Below, piece by piece: positions 52,914 to 64,000 of a stretch of DNA of 64,000 nucleotides; the stretch's first letter is position 1; each line of letters starts with the position of its first letter. The stretch spans positions 930,001 to 994,000 of the forward strand of contig JAWMAR010000578.1 in assembly GCA_036785375.1 (NCBI GenBank), written 5' to 3'. Both the position numbers and the translations under genes were made by a program. This DNA is from Leucoraja ocellata (Eukaryota). The notes below the pieces were generated by a model. The model was not told the DNA's origin and ran no database searches. It saw nothing but the letters and a program-made list of their open reading frames with translations.

Positions 52914-55900
52914 NNNNNNNNNNNNNNNNNNNNNNNNNNNNNNNNNNNNNNNNNNNNNNNNNNNNNNNNNNNNNNNNNNNNNNNNNNNNNNNNNNNNNNN
53001 NNNNNNNNNNNNNNNNNNNNNNNNNNNNNNNNNNNNNNNNNNNTCTCCTTGTTTCCTTCAATCCAGGAAGTTTGTTTAAATAGGAATGTAAGGACTGTCT
53101 CAAATTGGTTGAGCGCACAGCTTGTAATACGTGTAAATCAATATCGAATTTGAATGGCTGTGACGCAGGCTAATGCTAGGGATTTGATAATTGACAGGTT
53201 CATTCCAGACATTCTTGCGTTTTGAAGGCTGGTGCTGTATTGAGTCAATAATTTAAATAGATACAATTGTGGATTTGGACAGCCTGCAGTACGCTGTGAC
53301 CTACTGCTGACATATTCGATGGATAAATCCATCCATCCATCCATCCATCCGTCCGTCCGTCCGTCCGTCCGACTGTCAGTCTGTCTGTCTTTCTATCTAT
53401 CCATCTTCTATCTGTACATAACTAAAGCTCTGATCTTGTGATCTTGTGCTCTTCCAGTTTGCGTAGTTTTTCTATTTGCGCAAAAGTGGTACGGGACAGT
53501 GCTATGATTTTTCTTACTCACCGTTGTCCTGTGCTATTGTCCTATTGTAAACGTTAGCGAGATATAAAAATCTTTAAAACTGCGCAGGCGCAGATCGATC
53601 TCCTCTCCTGCCATTCAGCGCCGCGCGGAAATAGTCTCTTTTCCTGTCACTCATCAGGACGGTCCGCCCCTTCCTGCGCCATCGCGTCTTTACTGGCACT
53701 GAGGGACGCCGTGGGTGGCCGACGGAGGTCTCCAACCGGACACAATTTTCAGAGGGACCGGAAGCGGCGCAGCATGGCAGACGTCGCCAAATGGAAAGTG
53801 GCTAATCTGATCTCGGCGGAGGAGAAAGTCCAGCGACCACTGTGAGTCCCAAACATACCACCATCCCAACGCCCCCCAGCTCCTGCCCCTTCCCCTCTCG
53901 TGCCCCTCGCTGGACCCTGCCCCCTTCCCCGTGATACCCCCTCTCCCCAATGACTCTTCCCCCGTCTTTTCTCTGATCTCTCTCTCCTCCCCCCCCCCCC
54001 CCCCCCCCCCCCCACACGCTGGCACAAAGACACAGCTGCTGGTGCTTCCGGGCCGATCCGAGGCCTGGCTCTGAGGGCGCCGACGGCTGATGCTCCTCGA
54101 GGGCTCATAAGAAGGGAGAGGAGCGGCAACCTCGAGACCCTGGGGAGGGAGAGTGGGGGAGGAGGGGGGGGGGGGGGAGTTATGGAGGGAGGGAGAGAGT
54201 GACTGGGGGTAGGGGGAAGGAGAGGCGAGGGAAGATTTGGGGGAGGGTAGGAGGAGAGGGAAGAAGTGAGGAGGGAGAGTAGGGGAGGAGGGGAAATAGA
54301 GGGAGAGGAGGGGATTAGGGAAGTGAGCGGAGTTATGGAGGGAGGGAGGGAGGGAGTGACTGAGGGTAGGGGAAAGGAGAGGGAGAGAGAGAGGTGAAGG
54401 GGGGGTTGGTGGAGGAGATGAGTAGAGGGGAATGAAGGGGGAGGGTGAAGGGGAGGGGCGAGAGTGCTAGGGATGAGGGGAAATGAGCTGCGCCCGTGCA
54501 GTTGGGGGCTATGGGTGAGTGATGCAATATTGCGTTGGGGAACCAAGCCTCTTGTGTGACAGGGACCCAACGGATCCCACTTAGTATAGTTTATTTATAA
54601 ATCTCATTGAAATGAATACGCAGGTCCATACACACACAGTAGCTCAGCTGGCGAGAATGTTTATCCCCGAATGACCCAGGACCTAGGTATTATTAAATGC
54701 TTCGCTTATTAAAAATAATGCAGAACGATAGGAAGATTTGGTCACCCTGCTATAGCTCCATAACAAGAGGATTTCAGTATAGGAGTAGAGAGGTTCTTCT
54801 GCAGTTGTATAGGGCTCTGGTAAGACCACATCTGGAGTATTGTGTACAGTTTTGGTCTCCTAATTTGAGGAAGGACATCCTTGTGATTGAGGCAGTGCAG
54901 CGTAGGTTCACGAGGTTGATCCCGGGGATGGTGGGATTGTCATATGTGGAAAGATTGAAAAGAGGTATTCACTGGAGATTAGAAGGATGAGAGGGAGATA
55001 TTATAGAAACATATAAAATTATATAAGGACTGGTCGAGCTAGATGCAGGAAAAAATGTTCCCAATGTTGGGCGAGTCCAGAACCAGGGGGCACAGTTTTA
55101 AAGGGGAGGCCATTTAAGACTGAGGTGAGATAACACTTTTTCACTCAGAGAGTTGTGAATTTGTGGAATTCCCTGCCACAGAGGGCAGTGGAGGCCAAAT
55201 CACTGGATGGATTTAAGAGAGAGTTAGATGGTGGCTAGTGACTAGTGGAATCAAGGGATATGGGGAGAAGGCAGGCACGGGTTATTGATTGGGGACGATC
55301 AGCCATGATCGCAATGAATGGCGGTGCTGGCTCGAAGGGCTGAATAGCCTCCTCCTGCACATATTTTCTATGTTTCTATGTTTCTGTGTTTCTTATGCTA
55401 CTGTACCATGGCCTCCCAACGTCTGTATTGAATGCTCTGACTTCCAATGTGCCTTCTGTCGGTTCAGCGACAAAGTTCCTTCTGTAGTTTGTCTCCACGC
55501 CGTCGCATTTCATAACAGCTGATGAACTATAAACCATGGCTTGATTTGCAAAAGCAAGTGATTTAATGAATGGAACGTTGTTTCATTTTAAAATGTAATT
55601 AATTGGCATTTGGTTTGAAATGAGTTGCGAAATGTTCGTGAAGTCTCGCCATCTGTAAGGTTGTATGAAAGCATCCTAAATAAACTAGCGCAGGTGTTTA
55701 GTTTTGCTATCCGCTTTAAACTGCTATCGCTTTCGACATTGAACACTCGGTAAATTGACATATTCAGCGACAATTTCTGCAGTTTATAATGTGAAAACGA
55801 ACGTTTCACTATGCTCTCCTGTATCTGTGACCTCCATCGTTGTTTTGACTGCATGCAGTAGATACAAAGGAACAATACTTCAAACCCGTAATTCCTTACA

Positions 55901-56987
55901 GTCCACAGAAACGAAGTGTATTTTGTTTCTCAACTTCTCGCTTTCTTTGAAACCTTTGCGTGTTTGCCGTTTTGCTTAGTTGTTGATTTGTTATTAGTTG
56001 GGAAGATGCGGAACAGCTTGTTGGCTCCCCCTCCTTTAGTCTGTGGAAGTAATTCCATATCGGCCATTAGTCCATCGTAAAAACAATCGTTTTTATTTCC
56101 AATAACATTCTAAGGTACTCAACAATTATACATTTTAGTTTGCAGAAAGGTTATATGGATTTTATATCAATATTTTTCTCGATTTTTACATGAGCCGATC
56201 TTGGTCCACAGAACTATGTCGTAGTTACGCGGATCCAAGTCTGCGCCGACCGTCAAACTCCCATTAACCCAAATTCTACTTTATTCTCTTCATATTGTCA
56301 TTAACCTCCCCTGCGCCCCCAAACTTTAGAAGTCCTCTACCTGATGAGCATTTAACAGGGGATAATTATCCCGCCATTCCACACATCTTTGGGATGTGCT
56401 AGAAAACAGGAACACCCGGAATATATCCACGGGGTCATAAGGAGAAGGAACAAACGTCAAACAGGCGACATTGAAGACCAGATTAAGAGATTCGTTAAAT
56501 TCTTAAACACATAGGATACTATCCATGTGAAGTACTAATATTGCACAGAGCCGTTTTGATGTATTTGTGTTTGATCGCTGGCAACCAGTTTTATCTGTCA
56601 AGGCCATGGTGTAAATTCCCATTCTGAATTTAGTGATACACTTCCATTTGTCAGTCGGATCACAGGTTGTTGCAATTAGCCGGCATGGCCATTTGGACAG
56701 ATTGAAATTGGTTACTTTGCTCGCGGACACTCAGTTTCCTCTCGTTTTTCACGAGGGATACATTTCGGTGAATAAACACAGGTGTTCAAAAAGCATTGGT
56801 TCAGGGGAGGAGTGAATACATCGAATGGAAAGTTGAAATCATTGCATTTTAAGGCGCAGTTACACTGGTATAGCCAACTGTAAAATAGGTAAATACTATG
56901 GACGTTCTCTTTAATTCCGAATAAAAACGCATATTTTCTCTTTTCTAGAAATACAATTGAAATAACTGAACAATCCAAGGTTCTTAC

Positions 56988-57098
56988 CATGTTGTGCCGT
57001 CCATGCTAATCTGGTCAAAATTATAATCGAAAGTAAAATTACCAACCCGCCCACTGCACGTGTGAGAATCAGTCTTTTATAGGTACTTTCTGGATTAG
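56988..57098 (-). CDS. Second TM exon (type b) of gene D; acceptor mutated
   Basis: Paralog of 17160-17270 with donor CAT G|gtaaga. The acceptor CAG is changed to CAC at 57099, an in-frame ccag| lies 9 nt downstream, and a Cys>Arg change gives TRAVGG. Confidence 0.6.
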
Positions 57099-57944
57099 GT
57101 GAAAAATAAGAAACCGTAAGACATATTAATTATACAGGGAGTAAAAGCTAATAAGGCAGAGCATTGAAAAGTAACGCTCCAACCCACCAAAAAATAATGT
57201 AGGAAATACATATTGCAACAATTATGGGTTAATGTTTTAATTATCAAGCAAACGCGTCACTTTACAAAGTAGCTCTTTCTGTAGGGGATAATTGATTAAG
57301 GTTAAGAAGAGATTTATTTTTTCATATTGTTACACTAGGCAATAGACATCAGTTTAAAAAAAAACCAGAAGCATTGAACAGTATAATTTGTCATCGATCC
57401 ACATAATAGGACATGCGTGCAGATACCGTGAAGATGTAACGACGTATTTTAGCAATGGGTGATGTAAAAGAGGGGGTTAAGAGTGAATTCGAGAACTAGG
57501 GACACACGCACATGCCACTGTCTGCGATCATGCTCACAACCGTGGTGTCGTCTACAAATTTGTAGATGGATATTGAGCCGAATCTAGCCGCGCAGTCCTA
57601 TATACTCACGATTGTTTACCATGAAATAAGCCGCACATAAATTCAGGTTGTTAATTCATCTCAGTCGGGATGCATTGAATGAGGTATTAGTTTTTGAGCT
57701 GCTTGCACGTTGGTCTTTCATCACAAATAATACAATTCACACTTCTATCTCTCGTGTTTGAACAACTACGCAGCTGTATTTCTAATCTGACGTAGAACTC
57801 GTTTAAAATGCTTCCTGCATTTCCTTGTTTGACCAAATAGTTGAAACTGGAAGGAACCTTTAAGGGTTATATGTGATGCCAGGGAGGTGTGGGGCAGATG
57901 AAATAATTTTCTATTCAGATTCAGTGTTTGACTGACAATAGAAA

Positions 57945-58165
57945 ATAGACAATAGACAATAGGTGCAGGAGTAGGCCATTCGGCCCTTCGAGCCAGCACC
58001 GCCATTCAATGTGATCATGGCTGATCATCCACAATCAGTACCCCGGTGCCTGCCTTCTCCCCATATCCCCTAACTCCGCTATCTTTAAGAGCCCTATCTA
58101 GCTCTCTCTTGAAGAGCCCTATCTAGCTCTCTCTTGAAGAGCCCTATCTAGTTCTCTCTTGAAAG
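57945..58165 (-). mobile_element. Short CR1 3' end in the intron between D's two TM exons; truncated copy at about 18110-18215
   Basis: (caataga)n tail followed by ggtgcaggagtaggccattcggcccttcgag. Confidence 0.7.
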
Positions 58166-58303
58166 GTAGACGGCTATTATCAATTTTCAAGCAGTAAATA
58201 ACATTGAAATCGTGTTTCGCGCTGCAATAGAATGTATCCTGTCTCTGATCAATGAACAGAACCGATACATTGCAGTACTTGGTCAAATATGCAACGTTCT
58301 TAC

Positions 58304-58411
58304 CCGGTTGCGCCTTTAATCCGAATCTTGTGAAAAATATGATCAGAATCACAATTACTAGTCCGCCCACTACACATCCAATAATTTGTGTTTTGTCAGT
58401 GGTTTCTGGAT
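58304..58411 (-). CDS. Gene D first TM exon (DPETTDKTQIIGCVVGGLVIVILIIFFTRFGLKAQP)
   Basis: Acceptor tatgtttcgccag|AT and donor CCG G|gtaaga, 108 nt. Confidence 0.85.
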
Positions 58412-59419
58412 CTGGCGAAACATAAGAAACTGTGAACCATAGGAACACATATTCAGGAATATGGAGACAAAAAAGCAGTGCATTTTAAGGTATCTATCCA
58501 CCCTCCCTGCATAAAATATGCAATAAATACCAGATTCAATACTTCGTCGTCACATGTGACACGTCACAGTGAAATTCTTTGCTTGCCTACCCAGGGTACG
58601 CAAATAGTCGCCCATAAAGGGCGCATACAAAGTACCCCCGCGCCAGGTCCCCAGTTGTTCTCCTCCCTCCCCCCTGCCTCACGGCGGTCTCCCCACGCCG
58701 GGTCCTCCATTGCCCATGAATTGTAAGGTAATATTGGAATGTACCGAACGAACAAATCACACACACTGCGGCAGATTGTAAAGAGGTTTGCTTATTAAGA
58801 TAAAAGGATTTTATTTATTTTTACAACGCAGTACTTTGGCCCCAAGTTCAAAATACCCCTGATCAATAAATGAAGGTACAAAGTTCATTTATTTCATACT
58901 ATCGGCTGAATTTCCCTGTTCTGCCAGCCATAAGCACAACGAAGCGCCAAGCTTCGCCCACGAAATTCACCGCTGCTTCAATAATTTCTGCACAAAGATT
59001 TTATGACTGCCACATGGCACGCATTGTACTGTAATGACGAATTTATAGAACAGATCACATTATACGGCGGCTCTTTGCTGAGGTTTGGTTATTATGTTAA
59101 GATGTGTGTTAATTTTTATTTTACAAAACTACGCCCGGTAGTTTGACAACAGTTTACAAAGTCAGAATGCATTTTATATTCTGGGTCTGACACCCTGGAC
59201 CCGCCGCCGCAGGTTCCAGTAAATATGAAAAGGAACTGGATTTTTGTGTTTGCACAACTATCTAATTGTATTGGAAAATAGACACAAAAAAAGCTGGAGT
59301 AACTCAGCGGGACAGGCAACATCTCTGGGGTAAAGGAATCGGATCTAGACCCTTGTTCGCAGACGATACACACTCTATCTCCCCCTGAAGCCCAAAAAAC
59401 AATCAAATCTGCTTAACCT

Positions 59420-60322
59420 CACCCGCAACCTCGAGGATATAAAGTGCTGGGTGGCCCAGAACTTCCTCCAACTAAATGAGAGTAAGTCTGAGGTAATCCT
59501 TCTCGGCCCCTCCGACAATCAAAATGATAGCAGGCAGCCTTGGAAGCCTTACCAAACTACTCAAACCTCAGTCAAAAACCTCGGCGTGATATTTGACTCA
59601 GCACTGAAATTTGATAAACAAGTCAATGCCGTGGTAAAAGCTAGCTTCTTTCAGCTTCGGACGATAGCTAAAATAAAACAATTCTTCCACTTTGATGACC
59701 TCGAATAGATCATCCACACATTTATCTCCTCCCGCCTAGATTACTGCAACTCCCTTTACACTGGCATCAGCCAATCTTCCCTGTCCCGCCTGCAACTGGT
59801 CCAAAACGCCGCAGCGAGACTCCTGACGAGCAGCCGAAAAAGGGACCACATCACCCCGATCCTGGCCTCTCTCCATTGGCTCCCTGTGCGATTCCGTATA
59901 CATTTCAAGACCCTCTTCTATGTCTACAAAGCCCTCAATGGGCTTGCCCCCTCCTACATTAAAAGTCTCCTCACCCATCACTCCGCCTCCAGGTCCCTCT
60001 GATCGGCCGACTTGGGGTTGCTGAATATCCCGCGGTCTAGGCATAAGTTTAGGGGCAACCGCGCCTTTGCAGTTGCAGCTCCTAGACTGTGGAACAGCTA
60101 CCCCCTTCCCATCAGAACTGCCCCTCCATCGACTCCTTTAAGTCAAGACAAAAAACTTATCTATACTCCCAAGTCTTTCCTGACGTCCACTGAGCGCGGG
60201 CTATATGTATCTATTATGTAGTTTGTTTGTTTATACTATTCTTATAACAAATGTAAAGGACTTTGGCAAACGAGAGTTGTTTTTTAAATGTGCTAGATAA
60301 ATAAATGTGACTTGACTTGACT
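59420..60322 (+). mobile_element. L2-clade LINE 3' fragment in gene D intron
   Basis: NFLQLNESKSE...KNLGVIFD...RLDYCN...HWLP, ending in aataaa and a (GACTT)n tail. Confidence 0.85.
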
Positions 60323-60379
60323 TGTTCGGATTGTATTTCTCGGCAGGCTGGGGTCTGCGTTAAATGCCTCCCGGCTTAC

Positions 60380-60676
60380 CTTGCTCGACGATGTAGCTGA
60401 AACTGGCAGGGGCTGTAAGAGATACGTGGGATACCAGGCAGGTGTAAACAGTTTTGCCTGGCGCAGGCTGCGTGTCGTGCAAAAAACTGGAAGCCTCATA
60501 AAGTCCATCCGCTGTTCTGTTTCTCACGGTTTCAATGCCGGTCAAAATTTCCACGTTGTTTCTTTGCCAGATTACGTCTAATTCCATTGGATAAAACGCA
60601 GCCGTTTTACACACGAGTTGCGGCAAATGCGGTGCACTTCCTTCAATAGCAACAATTTTCAATGGAGTTGGGGGAG
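60380..60676 (-). CDS. Gene D C1-set Ig exon
   Basis: Acceptor ttgttccag|CT CCC and donor CAA G|gtaagc, 297 nt. Contains LVCKTAAFYP...W...NRTADGLY...YTCLVSHVSL. Confidence 0.9.
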
Positions 60677-61880
60677 CTGGAACAATTTAAAAAAAAGCGT
60701 GAAGCTGCAAAATATATTTTATTTCAATTAACATAATTGTCGCTGAACCGTTGCTGCTGCCTCCTGTTATCCGTGTGGTTGTTTGTTGAGTTTATAATTT
60801 TGTTATACATTATTTTACGGAGGATATCAAGGTAAGTAGTGTAATTGAAACAAAGCATGAATGGAGTGCTGCCTAGCGCGATTATTATGAAGGAATGTGA
60901 CACAGGTAGGTATTGCTTGGTAAGATTCCGTGACAGTGCTTTATGTTGAATTCAAAATCACGCATTTCTTCTGAACATTTGCTCTTTCTAATGTGCATAT
61001 GGTAGTTACAGAAAATGGACTGCACTGAATGGCAGAAGTACATCGGCGACAACAACTGTTTTTCTCGAAAAGCACGCAAGGATGAACGGAGCAAACTCTG
61101 TTTCTCATTTCATATATTTTATTAACAAGACATTAACGACCATGGTTCCATTTGTGCTGGAGCCACTGTCAGTAATATTTAGCGAGCGGGAGAGTTAATT
61201 GTACTTTTTTTGTCAATTCATTGCGTAATCACCTCGTTTCTGTTAAAGCATATTTATTTTCATTCATTTGTGTAATAACATCTCATTGTACTATCATTAT
61301 TAATTAATAAAGATATATCACATTTTACTCCCTGTGCCATATAAATGATTACCAAGCAAAGAAATAATATCGGAGAATTTCAGTTGTAGTTCTTTTTTTT
61401 CTTTTTTCATTCCATGAACTTTCCTGGAGACAGTGAATGTGAAAACAAAATTATTCACCTCAAAACTGTGAGGTCAATTTCTCCTCCGTTTTTAGTTGAT
61501 GTGAAAGTTTGTCGGCGTGGGAAATTTGCAACTTTCTGGAAATTCGGAGTAACGTGAATTTGGTTGGGTATTTGAAAAGCTGGAGGTCAAAATATAAAGT
61601 GACCTGCCAATTTACAAGAGCCATAACCAGGGTAACGTCACTGTGACTTTTTAACATAACCCGGAGTAAATAAAACAAAACTATAACAGAACTCTCGCTG
61701 AACGTATATTGACCGACGGATGGAATATGTTTCAGTATTTCCCCTTTATTTCAGATTTCCATCTCGGAAGTAACCATTAAAATTATAGAGCTAGATAAGA
61801 TTAATATTTCCACCACCAGCAAGCTTTAGTAACATTGCAACAGAAGACCATACCCCACTACTCGTAACAAAGACACTTAC

Positions 61881-62177
61881 TTAACACAATTAGCTGGGAG
61901 CCAGTTCCATTGCCGATAAGTTGCAGTTGATATTTCACTCGACAGTAATACATCCCGAAGTCTGCGACACTCACATTCAGCAAAGTAAATGTACTGCTTC
62001 CCTTGTCTACTTTGAATTGTTTTCTGCTGTCCGCTTCCATAAATGTCTTCTCGTCCCCTCTCCACCAAGAAACGTCAGCGGTTTCTTTTAATATCGGAAA
62101 TTTGCAGAACATGGAATCACTTCTGCCGCTGGAGACCCTCAGGATTGCGGGGAATTGTTCCACTTTGCTCGAAGTTG
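61881..62177 (-). CDS. Gene D V-type Ig exon with germline J-like motif; 5' boundary inferred
   Basis: Donor TTA A|gtaagt. The acceptor homologous to A is CAC (62187-62189), and the next AG (aaaag|CA) keeps phase 1. Contains MFC...VSWW...DFGMYYC...GNGTGSQLIV. Confidence 0.8.
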
Positions 62178-62392
62178 CTTTTGTCAGTGGCAGAAATAAG
62201 TAAATATGATGAAAACATTTGTACATACAGCACCAAGAAAAAGAGCCAATGGATACACAAATACAAAACAATTAGGAAATAATGGTTAGCCAATTGTAGA
62301 AACGTTGTAAATTTAATTTACTGTGGCATACTAGTGTAAAATATTGTCAAATATGATTCGCTTAGTGAAATCGGTACAGAAACTAAGCATAC

Positions 62393-62447
62393 CTTGACAA
62401 AGCAAAACAAGAAGACCCATGTACCGAACCATTGCTTTCACCGGCAT
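62393..62447 (-). CDS. Gene D leader exon (MPVKAMVRYMGLLVLLCQ)
   Basis: ATG to CAA G|gtatgc, 55 nt, phase 1. Confidence 0.85.
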
Positions 62448-62926
62448 ACTGCAAAATAGAAGGGTGTGCATAAGAATAGGTTTTCATAGAATGCCTGAAG
62501 CGTGTAACACCAACGCCGTAAATCACATGACTAAGGCATCGTGATGCATTTTGAGTATATTTATGTTTCAGCGAGTATGATCTAGGAAATATGTTTTCTT
62601 CGATTTCCTACTCCAAAATGATTTCTCTTCCAGCCATTGTAGGTGCACCGCGTTTGGACAACACATATTGAAATCCATTTACCTCTACCTCATTCTCAAA
62701 TTAAGACTTTGTCCTACCGGAGCATAAGATGACAGAGCTGTCAACTACTCAGCCTCGTATATTTCTGTCACAGATTATCCCACCTTGAATGCAGGAGGGT
62801 GTGATGACCTTTGAGTTAGTCCCGCTGCGAATTTCTTTCATTTCAGCCAAAAACTCCAAGCCTCAATTGCAGCATTTAAATGAGATACATTACATCAAGT
62901 GATGTTGTTGATAAGGATTTGATCAT

Positions 62927-62939
62927 CCACTAGATGGCA
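62927..62939 (+). promoter_or_regulatory. Candidate CTCF site about 480 bp upstream of the gene D ATG
   Basis: CCACTAGATGGCA matches the CCASYAGRKGGC core; motif match only. Confidence 0.3.
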
Positions 62940-63765
62940 ATTGGGCGGCGTACCATTAAGAGTTTTTCGCTATTGATTCGGATCGTCTAATTCTTCACAC
63001 AAGGAATTTAGAAAGGGAAGCCCATAGTCAACTGAATCTTTCATTGCATTCTTTTTCGCTTACAATATATAGTGCATTCCTCTGCTACCTTTCTCCGTGG
63101 TACCATATGTGACTATAAGCAAAAATGTTATAACCTCTTTCCATTGTTAAAATTCAGGAATTAACTAGCTCCTTGCTCCCAAGTATTAATCTGTTACATT
63201 CGCAGATATTTGCAACAGCAACTTTCGCGCAAAGGTATTCAAGGGCCAAATGTGCATTACAAAACCCGATTACTGAAGAGAAGGGGACCACATCAACAAA
63301 CAAAAGACGATGCGAGTTTATTAAAGTAAAAGCTTGAATTGTTAGAAATAGAATCGATTATCAAAGAAAAGGAGAAATACGTCCAAGACCACAAAAGACT
63401 TCAGAGAAAAAAATAGAATTGTTTACAGTATGACTGCTAACTTAAAATTGTTGCATTCTTGGAGATTTGAGCACTTGACAACTTGTGATGCCAAATTTTA
63501 AAAGACCAGCATGAGGAAGGTGTATAGTCCATGGAGTTTGTTCCCGGTCAATGCAATGCGCGATGTAACTTTTTAAAAGTTATAATTGTTCAAGAATCAT
63601 CTTTGTAAATGTATTTCCTTTTAGTTATTTCAGGTTCACATTTTCAACACACAAAGAATAGTTATTATGGTAAGATGAATAACAAAACGTGAATCAAAAA
63701 AGGTGACGTGTGAAGGAACATAAGATGATCAAACGTGTGTGCAAACGTAAGAACTTTAAAAGAGG

Positions 63766-63850
63766 GGGTAGTGGGGAGGGGAGAAGAGGGGAGAGGGGGG
63801 ATACGGGGAGAAGGGGAGAAGGGGGGAGAATGGGGGAGAAGGAGTGGAGA
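63766..63850. repeat. G/A-rich low-complexity tract
   Basis: (ggggagaa)-like repeats. Confidence 0.8.
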
Positions 63851-64000
63851 CACTTTTAAGAAGCCATACAACGTTTAATAAGCCAGAGATACACATATGT
63901 GAAGTTCGGCGGGCATTTAACATTACCGGTGGGTTATCTTTAGTTCTGAAAATTCGTGCTTATGTTTGTTTCCCCCAATGAGTCAATGAAAATGACCGGT

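Noticed and set aside
58565-58600. CACAGTG as an RSS heptamer suggesting V(D)J rearrangement
   Set aside because: No nonamer at 12/23 spacing, not adjacent to a V, and J is already fused in the germline.

Overview
Eukaryotic vertebrate DNA, most likely a cartilaginous fish (skate/ray), judged from HE1-like tRNA SINEs and abundant CR1, L2, Rex1 and Penelope fragments. The window holds a tandem minus-strand cluster of four related immunoglobulin-superfamily genes, here called A to D. Each has a 55-nt leader exon, a V exon (306 nt; 297 nt in D if its shifted acceptor is used) with a germline J-like GxGxG(S)xL/IxV motif, and a C1-set exon; all introns are phase 1. No RSS is seen next to the V exons, so these look like non-rearranging antigen-receptor-like (VJ-C1) receptors resembling NCR3/SIRP. 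The V domains are unusually short (53 aa between the cysteines, no CDR2). B, C and D each carry two paralogous TM exons in tandem, and one orphan TM exon lies at 46.3 kb. Gene A runs off the left edge. The cluster was reshaped by recent duplications in the order A-X-Y-Y'-X'-D, which makes gene B a C-like/D-like chimera. Cytoplasmic exons could not be identified with confidence. Three assembly gaps are present. Exon coordinates were read by hand from splice signals; repeat boundaries are approximate.
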